DNA of 64,000 nt from an uncultured delta proteobacterium. Its GTDB lineage: Bacteria > Desulfobacterota > Desulfobacteria > Desulfobacterales > JAFDCJ01. The DNA is taken from positions 256,001 through 320,000 of the forward strand of contig CAVYNY010000009.1 in NCBI GenBank assembly GCA_963769935.1, given 5' to 3'. Below the pieces are notes generated by a model. It ran no database searches and was not told the origin of the DNA. It saw only the letters and a list, made by a program, of their open reading frames with translations. Below are positions 9,580 to 21,800 of the stretch, in pieces. Within the stretch, counting starts at the first letter, position 1. Every line of letters starts with the position of its first letter. The translations under genes were made by a program, and so were the position numbers.

Positions 9580-10974
9580 CTAAGAGGCTACACCAGGCTC
9601 AATCACCCGCATGGTTTTCCATTTGCCCTGATAGAATCGCCAGAAGGTTAAAGCGGCCAGCTGGCAAAGAAAAAAAACGGTGCAGCCCCAGGCATAGTAC
9701 AACCCCATCCCGAAAATCTCAATGCCGATATAAATCGGCAGCATCATGCCGAAGAAGGAGATCAATCCCATGCTCCACATGATAAATCGGGTATCGCCGG
9801 CGCCTTTCAGCACCGCCGTGCTGATCATATATAACCCATCCAGCAGCAAATAAGCCGCCACAAATCGCAGAACCACGATTCCCATGCTCTTGATGGCGGC
9901 AAAGTCTGCCGGGCTGATGTCCCGGGGTCGGAATAGATCCAGCAGGGGTTGCGGCATGAACACATACAGCAAAATGAATACGGAAATATACGATGCCACG
10001 ATGACCATGGTGGCCCGGGCGGCTGCAACCGCCTCCTGCGGGCGGTTGCGGCCTAGAGCCTGCCCCACCAGGGTGCTGGCGCCGAGGGCAAAGCCGATTA
10101 GAGGCCGAAAAGACACGGAATCCAGGGCAATGCCGATATTGGTAACCGCCAGCTCGGCTTTGCCGATGCGTCCCACCATGAGAATGAAAAACATGAAGGC
10201 CAACACATCCAGACTGAACTGAAGCGAGCTGGGCACGCCGTACCGCAGCAGGCGCCGGAAAAGATCGGCATCAAAATGACGGTTTTTGAAAATCTTGAAA
10301 ATCTGATCGTTTTCCCGGGTGAACACGAAAAAGCCGAGCAGCAGCGTGGCGCTGGCCCAGGAAAACACCGTCGCGATGGCGGCCCCCAGCATGCCCAGTT
10401 CGGGGAATATCCAGATCCCGTTGATCAAGGCATAGTCCAGAGGAACATTCAGAAACATGGCGATGATATAAATGATCATCACCGGTCGGGTGACGCCGCG
10501 GCCGGTAAAAAAACTGGCAAAGCTCATCCCGATGATATGGATGCCCGAGCCCAGGCAAAGAACCCTGAAATAGGTCACCTCCAGCTGCTGCACTTCAGCC
10601 GCATGCCCGACCAGGCGAAACAACGGACCGGCCCGCAAAAGAAAGTACCCACCATGATCAGCCAGGCTGCAAAAGCAAAATAGATGGCCTGCCACAAAGC
10701 GCTGCCCACACGCTGCAAGAGCGCCGGCGCCGGTGTACTGGGCGACAAAGACATTGCAGTATCCGGCCGTGTCGGCAAAAAAAGAAAGAAACACAAAGGC
10801 GATAATACCCGCCGGCAGTGCGGCGGCAATGGCATCGATGGAGTAATTGGCCAGAAACACCCGATCGGTAAACGTCATCACCACGGTGGTGGTCATGCTG
10901 ATCACCAGCGGCATGCTGACCCGCAGCACGTCGCGGTAGCTGTTGGCTGGGCTTGCGGCAGCCGATTTGGGCAT
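9580..10974 (-). CDS. MATE family efflux transporter (locally garbled by compensating indels at about 10630-10720)
   Basis: FTDRVFL, LKGAGDTRF, STLVGQALG; the family-like stretch QRVGSALWQAIYF lies in another frame. Confidence 0.88.
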   Translation of the reverse strand: MPKSAAASPANSYRDVLRVSMPLVISMTTTVVMTFTDRVFLANYSIDAIAAALPAGIIAFVFLSFFADTAGYCNVFVAQYTGAGALAACGQRFVAGHLFCFCSLADHGGYFLLRAGPLFRLVGHAAEVQQLEVTYFRVLCLGSGIHIIGMSFASFFTGRGVTRPVMIIYIIAMFLNVPLDYALINGIWIFPELGMLGAAIATVFSWASATLLLGFFVFTRENDQIFKIFKNRHFDADLFRRLLRYGVPSSLQFSLDVLAFMFFILMVGRIGKAELAVTNIGIALDSVSFRPLIGFALGASTLVGQALGRNRPQEAVAAARATMVIVASYISVFILLYVFMPQPLLDLFRPRDISPADFAAIKSMGIVVLRFVAAYLLLDGLYMISTAVLKGAGDTRFIMWSMGLISFFGMMLPIYIGIEIFGMGLYYAWGCTVFFLCQLAALTFWRFYQGKWKTMRVIEPGVAS

Positions 10975-11167
10975 AATTCTACCTTGACGTTGCATAAAGC
11001 AGCATAGTTATTTAAGAGTGGGGGGAAAGTCGCAATCCCGCGCGGTGTCCCTTTAAGTCTGCACTTTTAGCATACGGCATACTATTGTAAAGAAATTAAT
11101 ACTGGGAAAAGAATACTGGAAGATGTGAATGCGAATACGTGACGGTCTCAACTGCTGAGCGTACCAT

Positions 11168-11204
11168 AAAAAAACCCCGTCCATATAATATTCAGACGGG
11201 GTTT
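11168..11204 (-). terminator. Rho-independent terminator of the hdr-met operon
   Basis: AAACCCCGTC...GACGGGGTTT stem with T-run on the minus strand, downstream of metF. Confidence 0.7.
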
Positions 11205-11324
11205 GATTTATACAGGGCCACTTATAATAAATTTAATATCGTGAAAATTCGGGTTAATTCGTGGCTTTTATCAAACAGCTAAATTGTTACCAAATAACTA
11301 ATAACAATTATCCAAGCCGCCGGC

Positions 11325-12251
11325 TCATTCCACCTTGGGTCGCGGCAGTACCTGGGCGAGCTCGGCAATTTCCGGTACCCGGTGCTCCCACTCGATGGCC
11401 ATCAGATGTACACCGGCGATGCCCTTCATTTCTTTGAACTCTTCGATCTGCTCACAGGCGATTTTGATGCCTTCGTCGGCAGCCTTGCCTTTGCCGGCGG
11501 CCTGCAGCCTTTTAATGATGGCTTCGGGTACGTCCATGCCGGGAACCTTGGATTGCATGTATCTGGCCATGCCGACGCTTTTCATCGGTGTCACACCGGC
11601 CAGGATATAAATTTTTTCGGTCAGTCCCATGTCGTTGGCTTGCTTGACCCATTCCCGGAATTTTTCCATGTTGTAGATGCACTGGGTCTGGATAAAATCC
11701 GTTCCGGCCTCGACTTTTTTTGCCAGGCGATGCACGCGCCAGCGAAAGGGCTCGGCAAAAGGATTGGCGGCCGCCCCGATAAAAATTTTAGGGGGTTCGA
11801 CAATGTCTTCGCCGCTCAAAAACTTGCCCTCATCCCGCATGCGCTTGACCATCTGGATCAACTGCATGGAATCAAGGTCAAAGACGCTTTTGGCGGTCGG
11901 ATGATCCCCAAACTGCTGGTGGTCGCCTGAAAGACACAGCATGTTGCGGATACCATGGGCATAGGCCCCCAGGATATCACTTTGCATGGCCAAACGGTTG
12001 CGATCCCGGCACACCATCTGGTAGTTGGGCTCCAGGCCTTCCTGCACCAGGATAAGTGAAGCCGCCCAGCTTGACATGCGCACGACGGAAGTCTGGTTAT
12101 CTGTGATGTTGACCGAATCCACGTTTCCCTTTAAATAGGAAGCCTTTTTCCGAACCTCGTCCGCGCTGGTTCCGCGCGGCGGTCCTAATTCACCGGTAAA
12201 TGCAAAATGTCCCGCATTTAAGACCTTTTCCAGATTACTGCCTGATTTCAT
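11325..12251 (-). CDS. metF: Methylenetetrahydrofolate reductase
   Basis: GELGPPRG, NITDNQ, RDRNRLAMQSD, LSGDH, FIQTQ. Confidence 0.93.
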   Translation of the reverse strand: MKSGSNLEKVLNAGHFAFTGELGPPRGTSADEVRKKASYLKGNVDSVNITDNQTSVVRMSSWAASLILVQEGLEPNYQMVCRDRNRLAMQSDILGAYAHGIRNMLCLSGDHQQFGDHPTAKSVFDLDSMQLIQMVKRMRDEGKFLSGEDIVEPPKIFIGAAANPFAEPFRWRVHRLAKKVEAGTDFIQTQCIYNMEKFREWVKQANDMGLTEKIYILAGVTPMKSVGMARYMQSKVPGMDVPEAIIKRLQAAGKGKAADEGIKIACEQIEEFKEMKGIAGVHLMAIEWEHRVPEIAELAQVLPRPKVE

Positions 12252-12279
12252 CTCGGTTTCCTTTGCCCTCGTTGATATC

Positions 12280-12961
12280 TTATTTTGCGGCCGCCTTTTC
12301 CGGTTTCTTATAGCCGGGTTGAATCAAGGTGCGCGGCACCTGATTTTGCCAATCAACCGCCGGAGTAATTTTTAAAATACAGTCCAGCCGGCCCTGCCTT
12401 TCCAGACGCTCATAGATCATATACCAGGCGCAAGGCTGATCCGGGTTGATTTCACAGCTGCCCTGGTTGGTTCCGCCGCACGGTCCGTTGTAGAGGCCCT
12501 TGGCGCACATGGTGACCGGACAGATCCCGGCGGTCTGCCCCAACACGCAACTGCTGCAGGAGCGGCACCTTTCTTCATACCACCCCACTGCCTGGTTGAC
12601 CGCCAGACCGCAGGTGTCGACGGCGGGATAAACCGGAACATCCGGGAATCTCTCCGCCAGAAACTGAATACCGACGCCGCAGGCCATCGAGATGACGGCT
12701 TCATAGTCTTTGACCAGATCATCCAGCTCGGCCAGATATTCGCGGTCGCACTGTCTTTCAACCGTTTTGGCGCCGACCTCGATGGGGTTGTCTTTCAGCC
12801 TGCGGGCCATATCCAATTCGGCATTCAAGACATCGACTTCTTTCTCGCCGCCTGCCAGGCAGACGGCGACACAGGTTCCGCATCCGACGGTCAGAACCTT
12901 CTTGTAGGGCGTTAAGCAGACCCATTATCTCTTCAAAAGGTTTTCTTTTGGCAACTATCAT
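12280..12961 (-). CDS. metV: MetV (MTHFR small Fe-S/Zn subunit); +1 frameshift near 12914
   Basis: MIVAKRKPFEEI, then in the shifted frame VGCGTCVAVC, ERQCDRE, ACGVG, CPVTMCAKGLYNGPCGG, CAW. Confidence 0.85.
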
Positions 12962-13040
12962 AGTATCCTCCTGTTGTACCGAACGCTTTGCGTCCGGTCG
13001 AGCACTGCGCATCGTCGCACGACCAAGCCCGGGCGAGTTA

Positions 13041-14360
13041 CTACATGGCCATTTCGGGATGAAAGACCAAGACGTCTTTAAGATCGTCTCCCAGATAGGT
13101 CCTTTCGTTCGGTCCCAGTATTCCCATTGAGAGGCAGAGGAGGGTCCAGATGTGGACCACTGAATAACCTCCGCCGAAATGCTCGCTGAGCTCATGAATC
13201 TGAGCGTGGCAGTTATGGCAGCCGGCAACGCAGTAGCCCGCGCCGGTTTTCTGGATCTGCTCATCCTTGAGCCGGCCGAATTGCAGACGCTGCTCTTTGA
13301 AACCGGCCTGGAGGAATCCGCCGCCGCCGCCGCAACAATAATTGTTGGACCTGTTGGGCTCCATATCGATAAAATTTTCTTCGCCTACAATGGATTTGAT
13401 CACAAATCGCAAATCCTCGGCAATCGGGTCCCCATAGGTCTTGCGCACGATCTGACAAGGGTCCTGAACCGTAAATTTGACCTTCAAATCCTTGTTCCAG
13501 TCGGAATTGACCTTCAGCTTGCCCTCGCGAATCCATTTGGCATAGTATTCATAGATGTTCTTGACGACAAAGTTATGCTCGATGTTGAATTTTTTCAGTC
13601 CTGCCAGGACTGAGAAGGTGACGTGCCCTCACTCGGTGTTGAGATAGACCTTGCAGCCGAGATCATCGGCCTGTTTGGCCGTGGTGCGGGTGATGTGCTC
13701 CCAGGCCTCATTGTCGGAAAGAAACATGCAGTAGTTCTCGCCGCCCCATCCTTTGCTGCCGTATGTCCAGTCGACCCCGGCCGCATGCAGGATCTTCCAG
13801 AGCGGAACCATTTCATCGGGTTCGGTGACCGGCTCCCTGGAATTCTGGTTCAAAAAGAATTCAGCGCCCTGCTTATCGATGGGAGCCTCCATGTCTTTAA
13901 ACTCGGGCTGGGCCTCGCGGTATTCCTCCAGAACGTCTTCCACCACGAATTGAAAATCCTCCGGGCTCGCTCCCATGGCGCTGCAGCTGTCATTTTTCAG
14001 CGCCATGTCGCAGGAGCCCAGGATGCCCTTGGGACGCTCCTCCCGGGGGCGCATGCCGCGGACATTGTAAACCAGCTGCGGTATATCAATTTTCATGGGA
14101 CAAACATAAATGCAGCGCTGGCACATGGTGCACATCCAGGGCCAGTCCGACTTCAGAATTTCCTCGTCCATCCCGAGCGCCGCCATGCGCAGGAATTTGC
14201 GGGGGTCCAGCCCTTCCAGACCCGTCGCCGGGCAGCCGGAAGAACAAGCCCCGCAGGTGAGGCACAAGTTCAGATTGCCGCCGTCGGGCAGCACCTTTTT
14301 GACCGCATCCAATAATGTGCTTTTTTTCTTGGCTCCCAGCACTAGGATATCCTCTTTCAT
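13041..14360 (-). CDS. HdrD/DsrK-like 2x[4Fe-4S]+CCG-domain oxidoreductase, selenoprotein (U244), 439 aa
   Basis: TGA 13629-13631 reads NTE-U-GH at the ECGH motif; frame continues to QDPCQ/CCGGGGG/GCHNC; SECIS-like hairpin follows. Confidence 0.88.
13595..13613 (-). promoter_or_regulatory. SECIS-like hairpin (CCG protein)
   Basis: TCAGTCCT-GGC-AGGACTGA, perfect 8-bp stem at +16..+34 from UGA. Confidence 0.8.
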
Positions 14361-14806
14361 AATTCTTTTCCTCTTTTATCCGTTTTGGGTATTTTTCTAT
14401 GGTTTAAAGGGTTCGGTCCCAGGGACCGGATCAGATCCGCCATCTCTTTGGCATAGGCTGCAAAAGTAGGGCCTTCCCCGGATGATAGATTGTACATCCG
14501 GACCCGCTCGCCTTCCAGACCGATTTCTTCGAGCAGCATCTTTACGTGCGCCACCCGCTCCCTGGCTCTAAAATTGCCTTCATTATAATGACAGGTGCCT
14601 TCCAGACACCCGACCACATACACACCGTCGGCACCCTGCTGGATGGCCCGCAGCAAGTGCCTCACATCCACTTTCCCGGTACACGGGATTCTGATAATTT
14701 TTACGTTCGAAGGGTATTGAAGTCGCATGGAACCTGCCAGGTCCGCGGCTGAATACCCTCAATAATCACAGCAAAAAGCTATGATGTTGGGTTCAAATTC
14801 GGTCAT
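14357..14806 (-). CDS. mvhD: MvhD/FlpD [2Fe-2S] subunit, selenoprotein (U16), 149 aa
   Basis: MTEFEPNIIAFCCDY-U-GYSAADLAG (TGA 14759-14761), PCTGKV, GCLEGTCHY; GGAGG RBS. Confidence 0.92.
14729..14744 (-). promoter_or_regulatory. SECIS-like hairpin (mvhD-2)
   Basis: GGACCT-GGC-AGGTTCC; shares the CCTGGCAGG apex with 13595-13613. Confidence 0.7.
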
Positions 14807-14808
14807 CA

Positions 14809-17800
14809 CTATCCTCCTGCCAGCAAGGCATCAATTTTACACATAATCTGCTCATCTTCGTAAAAACTCAGGCTGATCGCCTCCCGCGGGCAAACGCTGG
14901 CACATATGCCGCAGCCATGGCAAATGGCATCGTCGATTTCAACAACGCCTTCATCGGAATTGAAGGCCGGCACCTGAAAAGGACACGACCTGACACAGGT
15001 CAGACATTTCACGCAGTGTTCCGCATCGACCTTGGCGGTAATGGCCGAAAGCTTGATTTCCGGTTTGGCCAGGAAGGTTGCGGCCCGCGAGGCCGCGGCC
15101 TGGGCCTGGGCGATGGATTCTGAAATCAGCTTGGGGCCGTGGGCGGTGCCGCACAAAAATATACCATCTCCCGGCATGTCAACCGGACGCAGTTTGACAT
15201 GGGCTTCAATGAAAAATCCCTCCGGGTTGCGGTTCAGCTTCATGATGCGGCTCAATTCTTCCGTGTCTTCGGCCACCACGCCGGCGCTCAACGCCAGCAG
15301 ATCGGCCCGGATCGCCAGATTGCGCTGCAGGATGTGATCCTTGACGGACACCGTCAAGCCTTCCGAATCCTCCATGACCTGCGGCGCAGCTTCCGGGGTA
15401 AATCGAATAAAAATAACCCCTAGCTGCCTGGCCTCCTTGTAGTAATCCTCCAGCAGTCCGTAGGTTCGCATATCGCGGTACAGAATATAAATCTGGGCCT
15501 CCGGATTGAGTTTTTTAATCGCCAGGGCGTTTTTGACGGCCGACTGGCAGCAGATGCGCGAACAATTCTCATTTTTTTCGTTGCGCGATCCCACGCACTG
15601 AATCATCACGACGCTGGCCAGATCCCCAGCGCCCTTTTCCGCAAGCCGATCGCTCAATTCCAGCTGGGTGACCACCCGTTCGCTTTCCGCATAAAGATAT
15701 TCCTGGGGCCGGTACTCCCGGGCGCCGGTAGCCACGATAATCACCCCGTGATTGATGCTGATTTCCTTAGCGTCGGCCCCCACGGCCAGATGGGTTGAAA
15801 AATTCCCCTTGTAGCCGCCGAAGGCGGTAATCCCGGCCTCGGTTAAGACTTCAATCTTGGCGTGCGCCTGCACCCCGGCGATGAGTTCCTGCAGATAGGC
15901 ACGGATATCAGCGCCTTCGATGGTGTGATGCAGACGGGCGGCCAGGCCGCCGAGCTGCTTTTCCTTTTCCACCAGCACGACGTCAAAACCCTGATTACCC
16001 AGACCCAGGGCGGCGTTCATCCCCGCGATGCCGCCGCCGATCACCAGCGCCCGCTGTTGCACGGGAATGACCTTCTCCCGGAGCGGCTTCAATGCCGCCG
16101 CGCGGGCCACCGACATCCGCACCAGATCCTTGGCCTTGGTGGTCGCCTCCGGCTTGGTCTGGGAATGAACCCAGGAATCCTGATTGCGGATATTGGCCAT
16201 TTCAAAAAGGTATTTGTTCAACCCGCAGGCTTCCAGGGTTTCCATGAACATCGGTTCATGGGTCTTGGGACTGCAGGAGGCCACGACCACCCGATTCAGC
16301 TGATGCTCCAGGATTTTTTCCTTTATTTTATCCTGGGTATCCTGGCTGCAGGTAAAAAGATTCTCATCCGCATAGACCACATGGGGCAGCCCCTCGGCAT
16401 AAGCCCTGACGGACGGCACATCGACCACCCCGCCGATGTTGATGCCGCAGTTGCAGACAAATACACCGATGCGCGGCGCTTGTTCGGAAACGTCAACTTC
16501 TTCCGGAACCTCAACCTTTTCGGTTTCCGTGCCCCGGGCTGCGGCCAGATGGCCGCCGGCCGCACAGGCGGCGGCACTGGCTTCGGTCACGGCGCCCGGA
16601 ATATCTTTGGGCCCCTGAAATAACCCGCAGGTATAAATGCCGGGACGCGATGTGGACACCGGTGCAAACGGGCGGGTGGCAACAAAATTGTATTTGTTCA
16701 GTTCGATGCCCAGGCGCCGGGCCAGTTCGACCGAACTTTGGGCAATGCCCAACCCTACCGAAAGCACCACCATGCTGAAAGTTTCTTCCGCCTGGCTGCC
16801 GTCCTCATCCACGTACTTGACCAGCAGGTCGCCGGTTTCAGGAATTTCGGAAATGGTATGAATGCGGGATTTGGAGAACCGCACGCCCTCTTTGTCTTTG
16901 GCCCTCAGGTAGTACTTCTCGTAGTCCTTGCCGAAGGTCCGGATATCCATGTTAAAAATAACACAGTCCAGCTCGCCGTGGGCGTGTTCCTTGGCAATCA
17001 TGGCTTCTTTGATCGCATACATGCAGCAGACCGAGGAGCAGTAACCGTTGCCGCAGCGATTGGTATCCCGCGACCCGACACATTGCAGCCAGGCGATTTT
17101 TTTGGGCGCTTCCCGGTCCAGCGGCCGCATCAAATGACCGAAATACGGTCCCGAAGCGCTTAGAATTCTCTCGAATTCCTCGCTGGTGACCACGTTGGCG
17201 TATTTGCCGTAGCCGAGAAAATCAAGGCCGGAAGGATCATAGCCCTCGCTGCCGGCGGATAGAACGACCGAGCCGACCCTGAGGCTGGTTTCGCGTTGGG
17301 TGTCATCGTAGGATACGGCCTTGGCCAGACACATATTTTCACACAGACCGCAGCCGATGCAAATCTCCGGATCAATGGCAAATGCCAGCGGAACGGCCTG
17401 GGGATATTCGATATAGGTCGCCCGCCGGTCATCCAGTCCCTTGTTATAGGAATTGACGGCCGTCACCGGACAGTGCCGCGCGCAATCGCCGCATCCGGTG
17501 CATTTGGCCACATCGATATAGCGGGGATGATTGGTCAGAGTGACCGTGAAATCGCCGGGCTCACCCTCGACGGCGGTTACCTCGCTGTTGGTAATGATTT
17601 CGATATTCAAGTGCCGGCCGACCTCGACCAGTTTGGGCGAGATCACTCACATGGCACAGTCGTTGGTGGGAAACGTCTTGTCCAGCCGCGCCATCATGCC
17701 GCCGATCGTAGGCGACTTTTCGACCAGATACACCTTGTATTCCGAGTTGGCCAGGTCCAGAGCCGCCTGCATGCCGGCGATCCCGGCCCCCACCACCATG

Positions 17801-17835
17801 ACCGAACCGCTTGTTATTCCTTTTTCCGATCCCAT
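14809..17835 (-). CDS. hdrA: Large HdrA-like flavo-Fe-S protein with two FAD domains, selenoprotein (U63), 1008 aa
   Basis: [17 protein letters not shown] (TGA 17647-17649) joins two track ORFs in frame; two GxGxxG motifs, QCVGSR twice, ferredoxin motifs. Confidence 0.93.
17614..17631 (-). promoter_or_regulatory. SECIS-like hairpin (hdrA-2)
   Basis: CTGGTCGA-GG-TCGGCCGG at +16; identical in the other hdrA. Confidence 0.8.
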
Positions 17836-17844
17836 GAACACTCC

Positions 17845-18594
17845 TTATAATACCGAAAAAACAGGTTTGCTGTCTTCCATTGCCTCGAAGGCAACCCTGT
17901 TTGTCTTTTCCAGATCCGCGAGCAGATAAGACACCCGTTTGAGCGCCAGCCCCGTGCTCCGGCTGATTTCCCTGACGGATCGGTTTCCCGTTTTAACCGC
18001 TGCGTATATGAGATTCTTGTGATACTCCCTCTCCAGAACCGAATCCATTATGGTTTCATAAGAGTCCGTATCCCATTTGCGCCCGTAAACATCACCCCGG
18101 GCGGTTATTTTCAGTTCTTTGCTCACCAGCCAGCGCAGATTCTCGGCACTGACGGTCATGAGGGCTGCTTCCAACTGCAGGGCGAAGGCCTGGACATCCA
18201 GAGCGCCCTGCTCCCTGACGGATTCGGTGACCTCGGTGGCGATCTGAGCAAAACGCTGGGCCTCGGCCGATGAAACCCACGCCAGATGAAGCCGGTCCCG
18301 CCCGATTCCAGTCAGATCCAGCAGGTTGCGGGTTAATCGGATCTTTTTGTCGGCGTATACATTACCCTCCAGGTAATGGCAGTCACCGATGTGTCAGCCG
18401 GCCACCAGCACGCCGTCGGCGCCCTCCCGCAATGCATTGACAATGAAGACGGGGTCAACCCGTCCCGAGCACATGACCCGGATGGTTCTCAGGTTGCTGG
18501 GATACTGCAACCGGGAAACACCGGCCAGATCCGCACCGGCGTATGCACACCAGTTGCACAGAAACGCAACAATTTTAGGTTCAAAATCGGACAT
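17845..18594 (-). CDS. mvhD: MvhD with C-terminal HTH-like extension, selenoprotein (U67), 249 aa
   Basis: [26 protein letters not shown] (TGA 18394-18396); frame stays open to 17845. Confidence 0.92.
18360..18378 (-). promoter_or_regulatory. SECIS-like hairpin (mvhD-1)
   Basis: CATTACCT-GGA-GGGTAATG at +16..+34. Confidence 0.8.
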
Positions 18595-18670
18595 ACTTTT
18601 ATCCTTTGGTACCTTCAGAGCTATTTAATGCAAAAAAATATTATTGGGCTATTTTCCTTATTTTCAAGTG

Positions 18671-18841
18671 ATTGAAAATTGTCGATTGAATATTGAATAT
18701 TTAAGGTACGCCTTTGGCGGATCCATTTTTATTAAAACGACTTGTCAAAGAATGGTGGAACGACCCCCGGCGCTTGAACCACATGTAGATACGCAAGCGA
18801 CTTCCACAAATATTCAATTTTCAATCTTCAATATTCAATTT
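18671..18841. repeat. Palindromic element with tandem ATTGAAT-type heptamer arms
   Basis: Left ATTGAAAATTGTCGATTGAATATTGAATATTT; right AAATATTCAATTTTCAATCTTCAATATTCAAT. Confidence 0.85.
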
Positions 18842-18842
18842 C

Positions 18843-21800
18843 CTATCCCGCCTTTACCGAACACACCGCCGCCATGATCTGCTGATCCCGGAAATGCAGC
18901 ATATCGATGGCCTTTTTGGGGCAGCTGGACGCACACAGGCCGCAGCCTTTGCAGGAAGCCGATATGTTCCGGGCGCGGTAGCCTTTGCCCTCAACCTCTT
19001 CCAGTTCGATGGCCCCGAACGGGCACACTTCGACGCACAAACCGCAGCCGATGCATTGGTCGGCATCGACTTTTGAAACCAGGGGCGAAACCGAAATGGC
19101 GGATTTGGCCAGAACCGTCGCGGCGCGGCCGGCAGCGGCCATGGCCTGGGAAATCGATTCATCAATGGGTTTGGGATAATGTGCCAAACCACAGACAAAC
19201 AGTCCGTCGGAGGCAAAATCCACCGGCCTCAGCTTGGCATGTGCCTCCATAAAGAAATTATCCGCATTGACCGGCAGCTTGTAAAAAGCCGCCAGCCGGC
19301 TGTTTTCCGTCGGAACAATGGCCGTTGCCAGGTTGATCACATCGGCTTTAATCAGCACCTTCCGTTGCAAAATCGGATCGAAAACCCGCACTTCGAGTCC
19401 GCCGTCCGTCTCGGACACAGTCGGTTTGTTGTCCAGGTTGTAGCGGATAAAAATAACGCCTTTGGCCCGGGCTTCTTTGTAAAGGGCCTCCCGTTCCCCG
19501 AACGTGCGGATGTCGCGATGCAAAATATATACGTTCGCATCGGGGTGCCGGTCCTTGACGGCAATGGCCTGGGAAACGGATGTCGTACAGCATATTCTGG
19601 AACAGTAGGGCCGTTGCTCGTCGCGGGAGCCCACACACTGGATGAACACAACATTGGAAGCGTCATTCAGCAGTTCAGGATGATGGTCGAGTTCATGCCA
19701 GCGCAGCACCCTTGGATTTTGGCCGTATAGATATTCAGCCGTAGCGGAAGCCTCCGCCCCCGTGGCAATCACCACTGCTCCGTGCCGGACGACGCGGGTC
19801 AAATTGCCGGATGCCACCTGGGTTTCAAAATTACCCACGAATCCCTTGGCATTGGCCACCTCGGCATTGAGGAATACTTCAACATCCGGGTGATTTTGCA
19901 CGTCGGCGATCAAATCGTCCAAAAACGTCCGAACGTCCCGACCGCGCCAGGTGGCGGTAATATCCCGTGCGGCGCCGCCCAGTTCGGCTGAACGTTCGAT
20001 AAGAACCGCCGGAAAGCCCTGGTCGGCAAGACTGAGAGCGGCGGTCATTCCGGCGACACCGCCGCCGATGACCAGCGCCGTCTTGTTGACGTCCACCGAA
20101 ATATCCGGAATCGGCTCCAGCAGCGCCGCGCGGGCCGCCGCCATCCGCACGAGATCTTTGGCTTTGGCGGTGGCGGCGTCATGATCGCCGGAATGCACCC
20201 AGGTGCACTGGTTGCGGATATTGGCCATGTCGAACAAATAGGCATTTACGCCGGCATTGCGGATGGTCTCCTGGAACAGCGGTTCGTGGGTTCGGGGGGT
20301 GCAGGCGGCCACCACAATCCGATTTAATTTTTGTTTACGAATAATTTCCACCATTTTCTCCTGCGTATCCTGACTGCAGGAAAAAAGGTTTTCTTCCGCG
20401 TGAACCACATAAGGCAGGCCGGCGGCATATTCCGTAATCGCCGGAACATCGGCGATCCCGCCGATATTGATCCCGCAGTTGCAGACAAAGACCCCGATCC
20501 GCGGCGGCTCACCGCTGACGTCCTTTTCGGCGGGAAACTGCTTTTCCTTGACAAGGGTTCCGCGCGCCGACGACAGCGCCAGGCCGGCACTGCAGGCGGC
20601 GGCACTGGCCTCCATCACGGACTGGGGAATGTCCTTGCAGCCCTGGATCACACCGGCAACGTAAATCCCGGGCCGTGAGGTGGCCACCGGGCGCACATCG
20701 TCGGTTTTCACGAAATTATAGTGATTGAGCTCAATTCCCAGGTTTTGGGCCACCTCGACCGCCGAATCGGCGGGCTCCATGCCCACGGACAGCACGACCA
20801 TGTCAAAATCTTCCGTTATTCTCCGGCCGTCATCGGTGACGTACTCCAGGCTCAGGGTACCGCTCTCATCAGCCTGGGTGATGGTGTGGACCTTGGAACA
20901 AATAAAGCGGACGCCGCCGGCCTTAGCCCGGTCGTAATAGCGCTCGAAATCCTTGCCGTGGGTCCGCATATCCATATAAAATATGCTTCCCTGAAATCCG
21001 GCCGCCAGATGCTCCCCGGCGATGACCGCCTCCTTGATCGCATACATACAGCAAACTGAAGAACAGTACTCATTGTCGCATTTGTTCTGATCGCGGGAGC
21101 CGACACACTGCAGCCAGGCGATTTTAGCGGGCGGCCTGCCGTCGGAAGGCCGTAGCACGTGGCCGCCCGTCGGCCCGCCGGCCGAGAGAATTCTTTCAAA
21201 TTCCATACTGGTCACGACGTTGGCAAGTCGGGCGTACTGATAATTGTCGAAGGCGGAAGGATCGAAGGTTTTAAAACCGGCGGTAACGATGACGGACCCG
21301 ACATTGAGGGAAATTTCCTCCTCTTTGTCATCAAAATTAACGGCACCGGTCGGGCAGATTTTTTGGCACGCGCCGCATTTGCCTTTTTTAAGAAAAATAC
21401 ACCGGTCCGGATCGATCACATATTTAAGGGGCACGGCCTGGGCATAGGGGACATAAATAGCCTTGCGCTTGCTGATCCCCTTGTTGAATTCATCGGCGGT
21501 CTTGGCCGGACATTTTTCAGCACAGGCGCCGCAGGCAATGCACTTGTCCAAATCTACGTAGCGGGGCGACCTCTTTATCTTAGCGGTGAAATTGCCCTCT
21601 TCCCCCTGGATGGCGGTAAGTTTTGAAAGCGTGAGAAGTTCGATGTTCAGATGCCGGCCGACCTCGACCAGTTTGGGCGAAATAATTCACATTGAACAGT
21701 CGTTGGTCGGAAAGGTCTTGTCCAGTTGCGCCATGGCACCGCCGATGGCCGCCGATTCCTCGACCAGGTATACGTAGTAGCCGGAATCAGCCAGGTCCAG

